64,000 nucleotides of DNA from Anthoceros angustus (GCA_010909165.1 VJWM01000011.1:992001-1056000); one strand, 5' to 3'. Numbered from the stretch's first letter, positions 14,283 through 27,446 are shown. Notes: generated by a model from the letters alone, not told the origin. Translations and numbers: made by a program.

Positions 14283-14377
14283 TAAGGGTTCGTAAGGGTC
14301 ATAAGGGTCAGGGGCTAGGGCAGGGGCTAGGGCTAGGGCTAGGGCTAGGGCTAGGTCTAGGGTTAGGGTTAGGGTAA
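14283..14377 (+). repeat. Telomere-like G-rich array: TAAGGGT x3, then (CTAGGG)n grading into (TTAGGG)2
   Basis: Read directly; about 13 runs of three or more G. Confidence 0.85.
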
Positions 14378-15747
14378 ACCGTACCTTTCTTCTGGTTATG
14401 GACGAGGATATGGAGATGACGAATGCAGCTAACTAGGGCAGGAAGTTGTCTCGTTGTCGGGGCCTGCTTATGTGTCTTTTGGGGTGATGTCGACATACGT
14501 ACCTACAGATAGATATATGTATGTACATATACTCGTCTGGGTTCCATTTGCCGCTTTACGCGTTCACAATTTTGAAAATAGTGACAACGAAATATTTAGT
14601 ACCTCCCATGGCCATGAGGCTGGGCAGGAAATGGGACCAAAAATGGGAAGGAAATTGGAAAATTGGGAAATTGGGTCCACGTTTTTGATATGCTTGCCGG
14701 TAGAGCAGCCAGGGAGCCTGCGATGCCAGGAAATAGAATACTGTAGCTAAGTGGAAAGAGAGGCCTGGCGTGATATGGGCCGGAAGCAAATCCCGGGTGG
14801 GTCCCGAATCCTGGGGATGGCCCGCCCAGCCCGCCCAGCCCGCTCAGTCCGCCCAGCGTATGCTATGTATGTATGGTATGCTATTTGGGGAAAGCCGCTT
14901 TTGCCTGTCAGTGCGAGGTGAAAAGGGAAAGGATAATGGGGTCGACTCCTGGGACGGCGTGCACGCCCGCTACCCGCTCCAATGGGGACTCAGATTCCAC
15001 CCCAATTTTCGCTAATTCCTGTTTCCCACATCCACACCAAAGCCTGGCGATGGGGAGTCCACGTAGCCGCCTTTGACCCTGGTCATACCAGGTGTTTGAT
15101 CAACCGATCAACAGACTCGCGGCCCTAGGTGTAGAAGAAAAATCAGCAACAAACGAAATCAGCATTCAGCAACAAGCATATCCTGCCTGGGCTTCAAAAG
15201 TGCGAAGGCATTGGCCCAATCTCTATCGTATCTATGTACATGGTGTCCAAATGAACTACGAATGTAGCAGGAATCTAATTCGATTGGCAAGCATTGTGAA
15301 GTGGGTGAAGTGGGATTGGCAAGCATCATGAAGCCTCCTGCTCCGCATATGCAAGTGGACTATGTGAGCCAACAAGGTGCATTCCGTAAGAGTTATGGTG
15401 GAACGATTGTGGAAAGATGGGCTTCTCAAAGGGCCATTCCCAAGGGCCAAGGCCAGAGTCTCTTGTACCAGGCCAAGTGCAAGTGCAGGAGCATGCAGCT
15501 TGACGTGCCACTGCGCAACCCTGTGTGTCGAGATGTACATACCTGGTACACGGTACGGGTTGGCCAGTACTAACAGTCATGACACTTTCGCCAGTGAGGC
15601 GGGGCTGCCGCCAGCTTCCGGTTAGCTGGTTACTTTTCCTGCACAATGCCATCACGTGCGCACCCCATACCCAATGCCATGGGCCATGCCATCCCCATGG
15701 CCCTGGATTAAATGATTAAATAGCAACCACGCACTTTAACTATGACC

Positions 15748-16160
15748 CATGTACACTATGCACCCTGCTCTCCTCCTACATACGCAACATGGCATGGCAG
15801 GTTAACAGTAAAAACGCACATAGAATGTAGACTATGCATGCACCCTGCTCTCCTCCCACAGTCTCAACATGGTATGGCAGGTCAACAGCAACCACCCACC
15901 TAGATTGTAGACTACGCACCCTGCTCTCCTCCCACAGTCTCAACATGGTATGGCAGGTAAACATCAACAACGGGCATAGATTGTAGACTATGCACCCTGG
16001 TCGCCTCCCATACGTACTAAGTCCCATGACGACAATGCCCACCATAGTAGACTACAACATAGATTCTTCTTCTTCTCTTCCCAATGTCTCATCAACATGG
16101 CAAGTAAATAGCAACTACGCATGTAGAATGTAGACCAGGTACCTTGCTCTCCTCTCCCTA
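15748..16160 (+). repeat. Minisatellite, 76-80 bp unit, four good copies plus degenerate ones
   Basis: GCACCCTG core recurs at 15760, 15840, 15916 and 15992. Confidence 0.85.
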
Positions 16161-18661
16161 TCTGAACATAGCAGGTAAATACCTCAAAATGCTTTGCGGA
16201 TCCTCATGAGGTGTTGTAGCTGGGGCAGTCCCGCTCTCCAGCCTTGGCTTGGTTTGGGTGGCATCTTCCGCTCTGTCCGTGGCTGCAGGCAAGGATCGAT
16301 GATGGAGGACATGATGCGCCTCAGCCTTCCATCCTCTTTCCTTTATCTTTTTTTTCTGCAATTTTACTTTCTCGGGTCTTGGAGCTCCAGCCTCTGTGTG
16401 GTCGGTTGTGCCCCCTTTAGGAAACACGCAGGCGGCCTCGACGCTCCCCCCACAATGCCCCGGGCCCCGGCACTGGGCCCTCATGCTCATCAGCTAGGAG
16501 CTGGCAAAGCTACTAGCTATCCTCAGTCCGCATTCCGCAGGCAGGCAATAAGACATGGCTCTTCATCGGGTGGCGCAACGCCATTAATGCGGCACAGTGG
16601 TGCACGATGCTGCGTCGCCATTGGGCCACACTGGATTGACGCGAAGATAAAGGAGCGCTCCACATTCGGGGCCATCCGGCGAAACCGGCCAACCTGCTCA
16701 CATACACAGCGCAAGGGTGCAGGTCACAGTCAAGGACTCGAGCCAAGCGCGCAAAACCTCGAAGACTGCGTCCCGGCGTCGGGGACGGACTGTCACTGAC
16801 AAAAGGCACAGACTAGGGTTTTGCGGTCGCAAACCTGATGATACTGTACACACATGTGAAAAGCGCTGCTGTTGTAGCAGAAATCAGGGCATCTCACTCG
16901 CTCGCCAGTTTCGCCCTCAACGAGAATCCCGTTTGCGCAAAAGCTGAGCAGATCGGTGGTCAGATCCTGGAGCGCACCCAGGCGAGTGACTTTATTAGAA
17001 AATAGGTGCGGACAGAAAGTCACAAAAAAAGACTTGATGGACGCGCGCGAGCATTTCAGGAAAAGCGGAATGCAATCAATTTCAAGGTTGATCTCCTTAC
17101 CGAAAGCATTGCAACGGAAAGTAGGGCATGTGTGGGACTGCAATGCCGGGTTGCTGCCTCCGGTTTGTTGCTTTGGATGCCTCCAAGACGAGAATCCGAT
17201 CTCGCCTGCCACTTCCCTCTGGATGAGCCAGGCCCTCTGATGAATTCCTTCTTTACACATACCTAGCAAATAGACTTGTCCGCTGCTCGAGTGTGCGTGC
17301 ACCAGTCCTCTTTCTCTGGCTGGACGAGCTGCACCAGCAAGAGCCTGCCAAAAATGCATCATCTGATCATGCTGTCAGCCTGCAGGATCGCGCTTCTCAG
17401 ATTTTTTCTTGCATGCAGCATACCTACGTAGGTACGCCTAGGGCACAGTCCCGTTCACTGCTGACTGCCAAATTGAATCTGTGGTTTGTTCCCTATCGTC
17501 CAGCAATTTGAGAGCCAAGCACACCTGCGTCCCTATCCACCACCTCACCCGATCTGATTGTTGAGAAAGAGCCCTCGCAACAACCGGCACCGGTGCCAGA
17601 AACTTTGTTTGAAGCCGGAATTATAAACAAACCTCTGCCGGATTCTCTCTCCGGGCCTGGCTCTGCAATATTCATCAATGACTTGCAGTGCAGCCGTCCT
17701 TGAGAGACGAGAAGCTTCAAACAAGGAAAAATGGTTCAGATCGAGCACACATGGTGATTGTCCCCCGACAACCAATTGTTTGTCGTTCAAGAAGTGACAT
17801 AAGCATCACAATGCACAGTACACCGACCTTGAACAAATCTTGCAAACACGAAACACACCGAATACCGATAACCTAGGGGTTCGGCTCCTCCTGCTCCCAC
17901 GTGTTTCTAAGGCTCTAATAAGCTCTCTGCATAGGTTCCAGCCTGCAGTACTGTACTAGTACACAGTGTGTACATGTCAAGCCGCTGGTTAGAGTGGCAG
18001 ACGATCAATTCGAGCAATTTTGCTGGATCCAGGAAGCGAAGGTTCTGTTCTTCATCAGTTGTCCAATTGATTGCTAACGGTTTTGCCGAGGATTGGAAGA
18101 ATACAAGCCTGACTATCCGGCGGGGGTAATTCTTGAAGCTAGCGCGGCAGCTGGCATTGGCTTTCAGATCTCTTCTGAAGCCAACGGAATCGCGCCGTGC
18201 TCTCTCCCAAAAGTGTGCCTGCTTGAGCTGCGACCTTGGCCCACGCGTGCCACTCTTATGGCGCACAACAGAAACCCCTCCTGGCTGCTTTCTCGTCACT
18301 GGACGCCAAGTGCGCTCACGGATGAAATCCGTCCATACCTGTCAGTTGCAGCAGTCCATTCGCCGTAAAAGGACTTTTTTGTTTCCTCTCTCCTCATTTC
18401 CGGCTCGTCCACGGAAAACGATAGTGGACAGCTAGCTCCGCTATCGTGGGAAGAAAAGAAAACGCATTTTATTAAAGTTCTTGAGGACAGATTCCCGTTC
18501 CGTTCGCTATTCAATCTCGAACGGCGTGCTAACTCCATGTGGGAGAATAGAAAACATTTATTAAAGTTTTGAGGTTTTGTCGATTTGAGCAATGCTTTGA
18601 GGGACTTGTACAGGGCTCATCGGCTCTTACAAGCTTGTGGTAATGGCCATTTCCCATGTAA

Positions 18662-20219
18662 GAGCGGGTTCACATTGACCCGAGCCCGGGCCCGGGAACA
18701 AACGCCGTGCCCGGGCTCGGTGAATCCGCAGTGGAAAAAAACACTTGTCATGGCCGGGTGTGGGTGATCGGGCTCTTATCGGTCACGGATATATTTAATA
18801 GTTATTATTTTTTATTTATAAATCATACGTCTTTAGAGTGCTTGGATCTCGGTTTGCTTGTTGGACTCGCAGCCGGTCGACAGTGCTCCCGAGTGCTTGG
18901 CCGCAACCGCAATGGTTATGAGGAACATGTAGAATGTTTTGGCACTCTTGATGGCAGCACTCACCATTGTCCTAGCCTATTTTTACAAATGCTTCCCTTG
19001 ATGATGAGGAGAGCCTGGATGTTGAGGCTTTGCTAGATGACAAGTTTCAATTTGTCAAGATTTCATATCTTGCGTCTAGCATTGATGATTTCATTGCCTC
19101 AATGGTTGTTCTACCCAAATGTCCAAGAGTACAGCTTCTGGGACATAATTTAGGCAGTTCTATATGAAGCCAAAAATAGTTGGAATTAAGACTTGTCCTC
19201 AAAGCATATGGCTTTCGAGGATGAGCGTAGGTTTTCTGCATTTCTTAGGTTCAACCCTCCTTCTTTTGCATACATTGTCAAGCAAACACCTAGTGAACTT
19301 AAGATCCCTATTCGTTGACAGTTGGAGCTTAACTATTCACATCACTAGTGTCAAACAATAAGGCTTGGGGGTCAACTGCCTTGCTATCTCCTAACCAGGC
19401 TTCCATGTTGCTATACACCAACTCATGGAAATGAGGAGGCAAATCAGCTTGCTTCCTAGACTTGCTATCCATCTTTGCCGGAATGAATGTGCTTAAGCAT
19501 TCAAAAGCTTCTGAAAGTCATAAATGTTCTTGAATTTTGTCAATATGGATTCCCACTTGTCTTTGCATTGAGTAGGAGTCCGAAAAACATTTTGCAAAGC
19601 ACATGTACCAGATATGGCAGCCTATTTGATAGACCTAGGCTTTGTCTGCTCCTTGTTCCCACCAGCTTGAAAGTTTTCCATATCTATCCTTTGCTTGACT
19701 TGAAGAATGCAAAGCTCACCTTCTGTCCAATTTTTTTTGTCTTCGAACCCTAAATAGACATCATTGCTCCGGTAGGTGGATGGACGACGGCAGCAGCGAG
19801 GGCGACGACACCAACATATGTGGCTAAAACAAAATACACCAAGGTGCCATCGTCATTGTTATGTGGCCAGTTTATAAGTGCCCACATCATCATTCTTAGA
19901 AGTCCTGATGAATGCAAGTAGGATGTATGTAATGTCGCAAACCTTTCCCCGTAGAGCCACCAAAACCTAGGCGCACTCTCAGTCCTCAACAACAAACTTG
20001 GCGATAGAGAGCCATATGCCACCGGGCCACAAGCTGGTTGCTAGTGGCTTACAACTGCTACCAATCAGGCTTTACGTTGTGGGTCACCAAGAAAAGATCC
20101 CATACCCATGCGACTTTCGTCCCTGGCCGTTAGGTCACTAATTTTGAGAGCTGGTCCGTTTTTGCATTTTGTCATCTAGTTACTACCGTTCCTGGGCCCG
20201 GGTCAATGTAAACCCACCC
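18662..20219. mobile_element. PIF/Harbinger-type DNA transposon, non-autonomous deletion derivative
   Basis: Terminal inverted repeats GAGCGGGTTCACATTGACCCG and (reverse complement) GGGTGGGTTTACATTGACCCG match at 18/21 and are flanked by TAA (18659-61) and TAG (20220-22). Minus strand about 19340-19730 encodes a broken Myb/SANT-like domain (KKNWTEGEL...RTPTQCKDKWESILTKFKNIYDFQ...LPPHFHELVY). Plus strand near 18940 has CFGTLDGSTH, resembling the transposase GAIDGTH motif. Confidence 0.75.
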
Positions 20220-23200
20220 TAGCCTTGAAATGGCTCACAGAAATGCAGAGATTGAGTATTGATCATGTTTCTATGCACAGCATGGACATGAAAATGGAAG
20301 AGCATGTGCCGATAAATCGAGTTTTTCAGGCATCGAGTTTCCACACCGGTAACATACAAGCCTTTTACTCAAGGCACCTTCGCGAGAGGTCTTAATCTGA
20401 CCGGGTGCCACGCAGGTCACTCGGCTGCAATAAAACCCACTTAAAAGAGAATAGGAAGAAACCGGGACTAGATCAGGGTTTTCCCCCCAATCACCACAAG
20501 GAATGCAATTAATGCATTGCTTGTCGTACTCTAAACCTCGGCCGGACCGGGTTACATGGGAAACAAACTCAAGCACCCTATCCGAGTAGTCATGTGCATA
20601 GGTTTAGAGGGTTTTGAATGACTCTATGCTATGCGTCCACGTTGTCCTTCAAACTTGAAAGTTCTTAACCCTGAAATGTGTGATCGCCTCGAATCAAGAT
20701 TATGGGCATAAATTTTTTTCAATAGAAAAAAAAACAGGCTGCTACGGAATTCTCGCAATGGTGTGCAAACAAGCCATTAGAGGAAAGATTAGCATTTATT
20801 TGCTTTGCAGAGATCTCATGACCAAAAATAACGTTTGAGTAAATGGAGAAATTCGAGAATTGCCATGGTTTCGCTTGGCCATGGGGTACAAGTCAAACTA
20901 AAGATGTTTCTCCTGGGAGGGTGTGGCACAGTCAATTCCCTCCCTCAATGGGTAAGGGATTTTTTTAAACTTAAGGCCTATTTGAGTACATAGCTCTACA
21001 GACAGATTCACGAAGAGTAGGTTAGCTTTTTTTTTTGCCCAATTTTGTAGTGAGATATAGCTTTTGTGAAGACGCTTCCATTGATCAAAATCACTTATAT
21101 AGATTTCCGCTTGGTCGATAACCACGGCTTCCTATGAATATGGAAAGAAACTTCTTGAAGTTTTTTTGCCCATGGCAATCTACTCATAGGTTCAATGGAG
21201 GCAAATAAGACTTTTTTGAAAGAAGAGAAACCGTTGTGATAGTATTACCTCAAATTTAATGAGGGCCACAACAATTTGTAGCCCATTTCAAATGATTTTG
21301 AAATATTTGTGGCCAATTCCAATTGTAAAGGAATTCGTATAGCAATTGTCCAGCCACTGGATGTTGTTTCGCTGGGTTGTCCCCTCCTCCACCACGGGAT
21401 CTGCCTGTGTTGACCCTCCATCTTCAAGCTAACAAGCTGCCTTTACTTTCTAAAGCCATTTTTCCTCCCGCTTCTTCACAAGCTACTTGATGCCCTCAAT
21501 TGGTTCTCATTCACAAGAACCCATCCAACTTCTCCATTAAGATCCTAAGACACATCAGTCGAGGGATCTTCTTGTCTCCGAAGTAGAGTCTCATACCATA
21601 AATACCATTGACAAGGTCGTCCACCCCCTTCCACTCCTCATTATTCAATCTGTCCGTTTGCTCCCAAGTGTATCCGTCGTTGATAGTTGGGGCCCAAAGT
21701 GTGATTCGATAACTTCTTGTCCTCCAATTTTGTCTCTTAGTGCCCCTGTGATTGTCTTGGTCCTCACGTTACAACCATCATAACATATTTGCCCCTCTTT
21801 ATCCTTCCATGACTAGGTGGTGAGAGTGATCCTCGTATGGCTTCTATCTTGCTTCCCCGCCTAGCACCTCGCCGGCCCCTCCCTCGCTTGCTCCTTTGCT
21901 CACCCCTATGGGTTGATCTCCGACGCTATGCCTTTCGAACGTGCTGCTCCTCTACCTCGTTGCTGGTTGCACTCTCATTGGACTCCTCATCTTCGGATTT
22001 GTGGACTGAGGAGTCCTTTTTCCCCCCTGCAAAACACAAACACATGAGTAAGCTAGGTAGAAGCTCCGTAACCTTAAAGCAAACCAAGGAGTCGGCCCGT
22101 TCCCACACCACAGCTAACAGCCATCTCAGACCCACAGCGCAGCAGCCATCTCACCACCAAACTGGGCGCTTGTGAATGTAAATCCTAAGCCCACAAACTG
22201 GCCAGCCTCATCATAAACCACAAAGCCGCAATCCCACATACCCAGCCACCCCTATGTGGCTGATTCGGGTCACTATCCATGTCCGTCCTTCAAGCTTTGG
22301 TCCTGAAATATCTTTGTACATAAAGATACAATACCCCGTAGCATCGTGCATAATCAAAAACTATATTTAATCGTAATTACTAATTGCTGAGTTAGAAAAG
22401 GATGGGGTCGAGGCGACCCGGTTAGAAAGTCCGTTGTCCATGAGCTACATGGCACCGCTCCCCGCATCCCGTATAGCAGCGGACGGCTTGTGTCATGTGA
22501 CGGCATGTGTGATGTGCTTTTGTATCAGTATCGCATCGGCGAAACTGAAAAGCCGAGTAGGGATTGGATGGACGGTGCAAGGCCCCAAGGTGACCGGTGC
22601 AAGGCTGCGGCATTGAAGGCATTAATGCTACGCCAAGTCAACCTCGAAAATGATAGAAAAAACTGAACGCAAGGACATAGAGAGGGCACGCGTTTCCTGA
22701 CACCATATCCTGACAAGTGGAAAGCGATTGTTTGTAAGGACAGTTTCGCCAGCCGGTGGGCGAGCCACTCGTCGGCCGAGCGTACAAGTACACGGAGGGG
22801 ACGAAACTCCGGATGAGTCGCCAACGAGGCAGGGAGCCAGGGGCCCGAGCCCGGGCGCGGGGATATTTTGTTTAATGCCTTTTGTTGGCTCGCGGACACC
22901 GGAGTCTGGACATGGCGGCCAGCCAAGGCTGGTAGCAGATCGGGATGGAGATCCCCTGCGGCCAGTGCGGAGCCAGTGGCGCGCCGCGGCCCCGGGTCGC
23001 TAAGCCCCAAGGGGCAATCATGGGTGTTATCATCATCATTCTTGTGCGGCTGGGGCCAATCTCCACCGCTCCTGATTACAAGCCTTTTAACTGCGCGCGC
23101 AGGCGCAGGCCAGGCGCCCGGGGCCCGGCCAAGGCACAGCTTTTGGAGCGCTTCGGGCCAGGCCAGTCTGGCTGGCTGCCACTCACACCAGGTCCAGGAT

Positions 23201-23340
23201 AGAGGCCTTTTCCAGGCCACCACGCCTTCCTCGCAATTCCTTCCGCTTTCGTGGTTCCAAGCCCTGCCAAGTTGCCTCTTGGACTCTCTGCAAATCGCAA
23301 GCAAGCCCAATCTGGGTGCGATGAAGATGCCAGCCCTAAC

Positions 23341-24715
23341 CTAATTCCTGTGCATGTTCCAGCATTTTGACATCCGTAACTTCGAAGTGCAAGGGAGGAT
23401 GGCAATTTGCGAACCTCGGCGATGGACGCCCACGAGAGGATATGTTTGGATGTCTTGAGGCATGACGGAATATCTCCCCTCCCCTCCCCTCCCCTGCGCT
23501 GTAGCCTGTCTCTCAACCACCGCGGCCGTTACAGGGCCTCGGCTGGAAAGCGGATCTGGACAAGAGACCATCACGGGTGCAAGGGTGCAAGCTGTGCTTG
23601 TTCCTGCTGCTAGGTAACGGGTGATGGGTTGTGGGCATATGTCATGTGTCGCCAACCGCCGACCGGAAACAAAATTTGCGAAGCCCTGCACAAACGTCAC
23701 CAGTGACCGAGGCCAATAATAGAGAGGGGCGTGAGAGAGAAGCTGCGCCGCAGACTGCAGTACATACCCGGAGGGGTGAACCTGGAAGCCCGGAAGAAGG
23801 ATATGCGTGGTCGCAGTAACATGGTGAAACACCCCCGGTTTGCAAGCTGCTACACGTGTCGAGAGCCGGGTGTCGCGGGAGGCAAAGATGGAGGAGCACC
23901 AGTTGCAGTTGGGGAGGCAAAGGTGGAGGAGGCGCTCACCGGCTTGCAGCTTGCAAAGCCGTGGAGCAAGGTGCAGCACATATACCGCTTCTGCTTCCGT
24001 GTTCATGAGCTTGCAAGACGGCGCAGTCACCATATCCTCCAATCTATCTGTGCACCACTGTAGACGGGTATCAAGCCGCATTTGGCCTGCAGCGGAACAG
24101 TGCATGGGAACCTGGCATAAAATAAAGGAACAAGGGAGCAGCAAGGAAACTTATCTGGGAAGAGATTTGGGACAAAAGCTGGAGTGAGGATTGCGGATGC
24201 TTCCCAAGTACACAACTCTTCTGCTTCTTTCGCTTTCCTTGATGCCACGAGAGATGCTTACGGCTGGCCTCACCGTTGCTTGTCTTGGTGGGTTCCTCTT
24301 CGCCGTTGCTTTGCACATTGTGTGTGACAGCAGTTGCATGTTCTAAAGGTAAAAAAGCGGCATCTTCATCACCTTTGACGTAGCTCACACGGGTGTCCCC
24401 AGTCCTGCACAGCACTGCACAGTTCTCCGTGACCGAGCCAGGTGCCGCCTGTCGCCAGGAACTTCTGGCCACGCCGCTCCTCGACCCCACCCTTGACTCT
24501 TGCCCCTCCCGTGTAAACTTGAGGTTGCCATGACAAGAACGTGCGACAAAAATCCACTTTCTTTCCGGTGACCTAATATCATAACACGAGTTTGGCAACT
24601 CGTCCAGATATGTGTATGGATAGCTTCCGCTGACGTTGCCCAGCCTGGATCTGTTAATGGGCAGAGGATTAAAACAGGAATGGTCTTCGCTGACCACTGC
24701 AGACTGCTCTTCCAT
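23341..24715 (-). CDS. Possible two-exon orphan protein, no recognisable domain
   Basis: ATG-started 214-codon ORF overlaps a 267-codon ORF, with a pyrimidine-rich CAG acceptor near 24112. The donor was not located and I recognise no motif. Confidence 0.25.
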
Positions 24716-25016
24716 TCTTAGCTAGCCAACTGTCTCGAATACAGCTGGGGATGAACCCCAGACATATCCAGGAGTGTTTGCAGGCAACTTGCAACATGCA
24801 CATTGAAGGAGGCACCACTGTTCACCTGTCCGCATCACTTCAAGGTTGATACGAGGCTAGGACAAACCAATAACTCGTCAGTTGCTCTTCTGAAAACTGT
24901 TACTTATTTCCGGAGACAAAAGATAGGAACATCAATGGAACGAACAAGCGATTGCCCCGGAGTGGCTCCCTGGCATTTCAACTGTCGGTAGGTAGAGATC
25001 GGGGGAGCTATGGACC

Positions 25017-27446
25017 TTACAGGATGCAGCATAGGGATTGGCAGCAGCAAATTCCACAGCAGCATCTGGATGGGTAGTCTTTCATGTACACTTCCTTCTT
25101 GAGGCCAACTATGTAGGACTTGAAGGACTTGCCTCTGTGGGACATCACCACACGGGTAACAGGGACGTAGCTCAAGGTGTGCCTCTCACAGATGATTCTG
25201 GCAGCGGGAGGAACAGGAGTTCTTTCTGCAATCACATCTGAGGACAGCTTCGTGAGCCAATACGAATCTGGAAATTGAATGGGCTGACACTGGTAGGACT
25301 GACCACTGTGTAGCTCAACTCCCTGGGCTTTGTGAAAAATCTCATCCGGCACAGAAGCTGCATTGCTCGAGGCGCTCACCTTCCGATTTTGCAAGGTTCG
25401 CCTGCACAGTCACGAGTTGCTGGCATGAGGAATTTACAGCTCTCTAAAAGAAGTCAGGGCTGCAGAGGAAACTGCAAGCTGCTTACCAGCGCACGAGCAG
25501 GAGTTTGCGACAAAGCAAAGCACCATTCCCCGAACAGGTTCTGCATTTGATAAGGCCCTGGGACAAGCAGGCCGGGCATCTTAACTTGCCTGTGCCTCCA
25601 CATTTGTTACAGCTGTACAGCCGCACAAGGATCAGGGTATATACAATTCAGCAAGACGGAAAACTTTGATCAACATGTCAGACTGAAGAAAGCCAAAAGA
25701 AAAGCCCTGCTGATCAGGATATAGGTAGACAACGTACTGGGTATCAGAGCTGCCCTATAGAGCAATGAGACCTCTGCCATAACCACCAGGGCACTGGTCA
25801 TAATGCCAGGGTGATACGATCCAGGCCTCTTACCAGCCATTTACAGAGTTACAAAGCAAAGCACCATTCCCCGAACAGGTTCTGCATTTGATAAGGCCCT
25901 GGGACAAGCAGGCCGGGCATCTTAACTTGCCTGTGCCTCCACATTTGTTACAGCTGTACAGCCGTGTACAAGGATCAGCGGGTGGCATACAATTCAGCAA
26001 GACGGAAAACTTTGATCAACACGTCAGGACTGAAGAAAGCCAAAAAGAAAAAGCCCCGTTGATCAGGATATAGGTAGACAACGTACTGGGTATCAGAGCC
26101 GTCTTGGTGAGCAATGAGACCTCTGCCATAACAATCTGGGCACTCGGTCATAATGCCAGGGTGATACGATCCAGGCTCTTTACCAGCATTGCAAATAGGA
26201 CAGGCCACCTCCCCACGTCCTGAGCATTCTGAAGCCAAGGCAAATTGACTCTTCAACAACTTGGATAGAGAAAATTAAGGAAGAAACACAGCCCTTCTTT
26301 GCTTCAAGTCATACAACAACTGTTACCTGAACACCGTAGAACGACTTCCGAGTGTGGCAAACTAATGCTCGTTTCCTTGATTGGTGTGAACAACAGAGGA
26401 AACTCTTTTCTTACGTCTACCTCCCACAGCGCAGGAGTATGCCCCTTGTCCTTTCCATCCACTGGTCCTCCTGTATAGGGTTCGGTTTCATGGAGAACGT
26501 TTCTCTCTTCAATAAAAGTCTCCAGGGTTCCGATATACACGTTGCAGTCTTCCACCTTCTCAAGGTCCCACTTCTTAGCTGGTTTGCCTCCCCAACAGCA
26601 GTTTGAGCTGACATAGTCTACTAGAATCTCTCGTATGTCCTCCTCTTGTAATGCCTGCACACTAGTTCAAGTTATAGGTCAGATGTGGGCCTTATCAAAG
26701 ACAAATTCCGTGCTTTCCTAATCCTTCAGTTGGTACCTGGGCTGGTTCGGGGGTTGGATCAAATATCCTGTGTCTGCATACACGGAGTAACATACAGATC
26801 TTTCAATGTGCAAAGCCAGCATACATAGGCGCTAAAGACATACGCATCACAGCAACCTAGCAGGACAAACTAGGCCTCTGGACACACGCTAAACTTGAAA
26901 GCAACCTCTAACTTTAACTGCAAACTCTAGGAACAGCGATGTGCATGGTACTGCACAAGCACATCCTTTACCTGCAGGAGGAGCAGTCCACTGAGGGTAA
27001 GGCTCGTGAGAAGCAGCATTCCGAACTTCAGTAGGAGAAACTTCAGCCTCAGGAGGCTGCACACTGGGTGTTCCCGTGGACTTGGAATATCCCATGTGTG
27101 TCCATTCTGCCAGCCGGCCTTGAGCATCATCTGCCAGGTGGATACACCACACGGGGGTTAAGGTTTCAGCACCAGACGTTCGAAATCTAGACTGGAAGCT
27201 CCTGCATCATGCATATCCCCTGTTTAACATGTTCTAACCAATCCCTCTCGTGCGTAGCTTCAGCATCAAAGGGTGCAACTTACAGAAACCGGTTAACAGG
27301 ATCACGGTCGGGGCAAGACACTTACGTAATCCATACAGCGGTGGTAAGGAGTCCAGCAGAGATGGAGCCGATGGCAGCTCCGAGGTTGAATCGGGAGTTG
27401 AAGGGCCAAGCAAAGGCTCATGATAGGCGTCGCGTCCTCCCACCAT
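25017..27446 (-). CDS. SSUH2/At2g38000-like DnaJ-type cysteine-rich (CxxCxGxG) protein, multi-exon
   Basis: EEDIREILVDYVSSNCCWGGKPAKKW...EDCNVYIGTLETFIEER, CSGRGEVACPICNA...CPDCYGRGLIAH, CNKCGGTGKLRCPACLSQGLIKCRTCSGNG and RKVSASSNAASVPDEIF...ICERHTLSYVPVTRV...YMKDYPSR, collinear with the Arabidopsis family member. Confidence 0.88.
25510..26190. repeat. About 341 bp intragenic tandem duplication (25510-25841 vs 25851-26190)
   Basis: Near-identical exon and intron sequence in both copies; the left copy has scattered 1-3 bp indels. Confidence 0.9.

Noticed and set aside
15748-16160. CRISPR-like look: conserved block of about 55 bp alternating with variable segments of about 22 bp
   Set aside because: The variable parts are homologous to each other (AACA...AAC...CATAGA-like), the repeat is too long, there are no cas genes and the context is eukaryotic. 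It is a minisatellite.
16793-17362. Resemblance of FFVTFCPH to KDZ/CxC transposase motifs
   Set aside because: The downstream catalytic D and H motifs could not be aligned, so the region is left unassigned.
20230-22200. Short ORF fragments suggesting a decayed retroelement
   Set aside because: No RT, RNase H, integrase or complete zinc-knuckle motif was recognisable.
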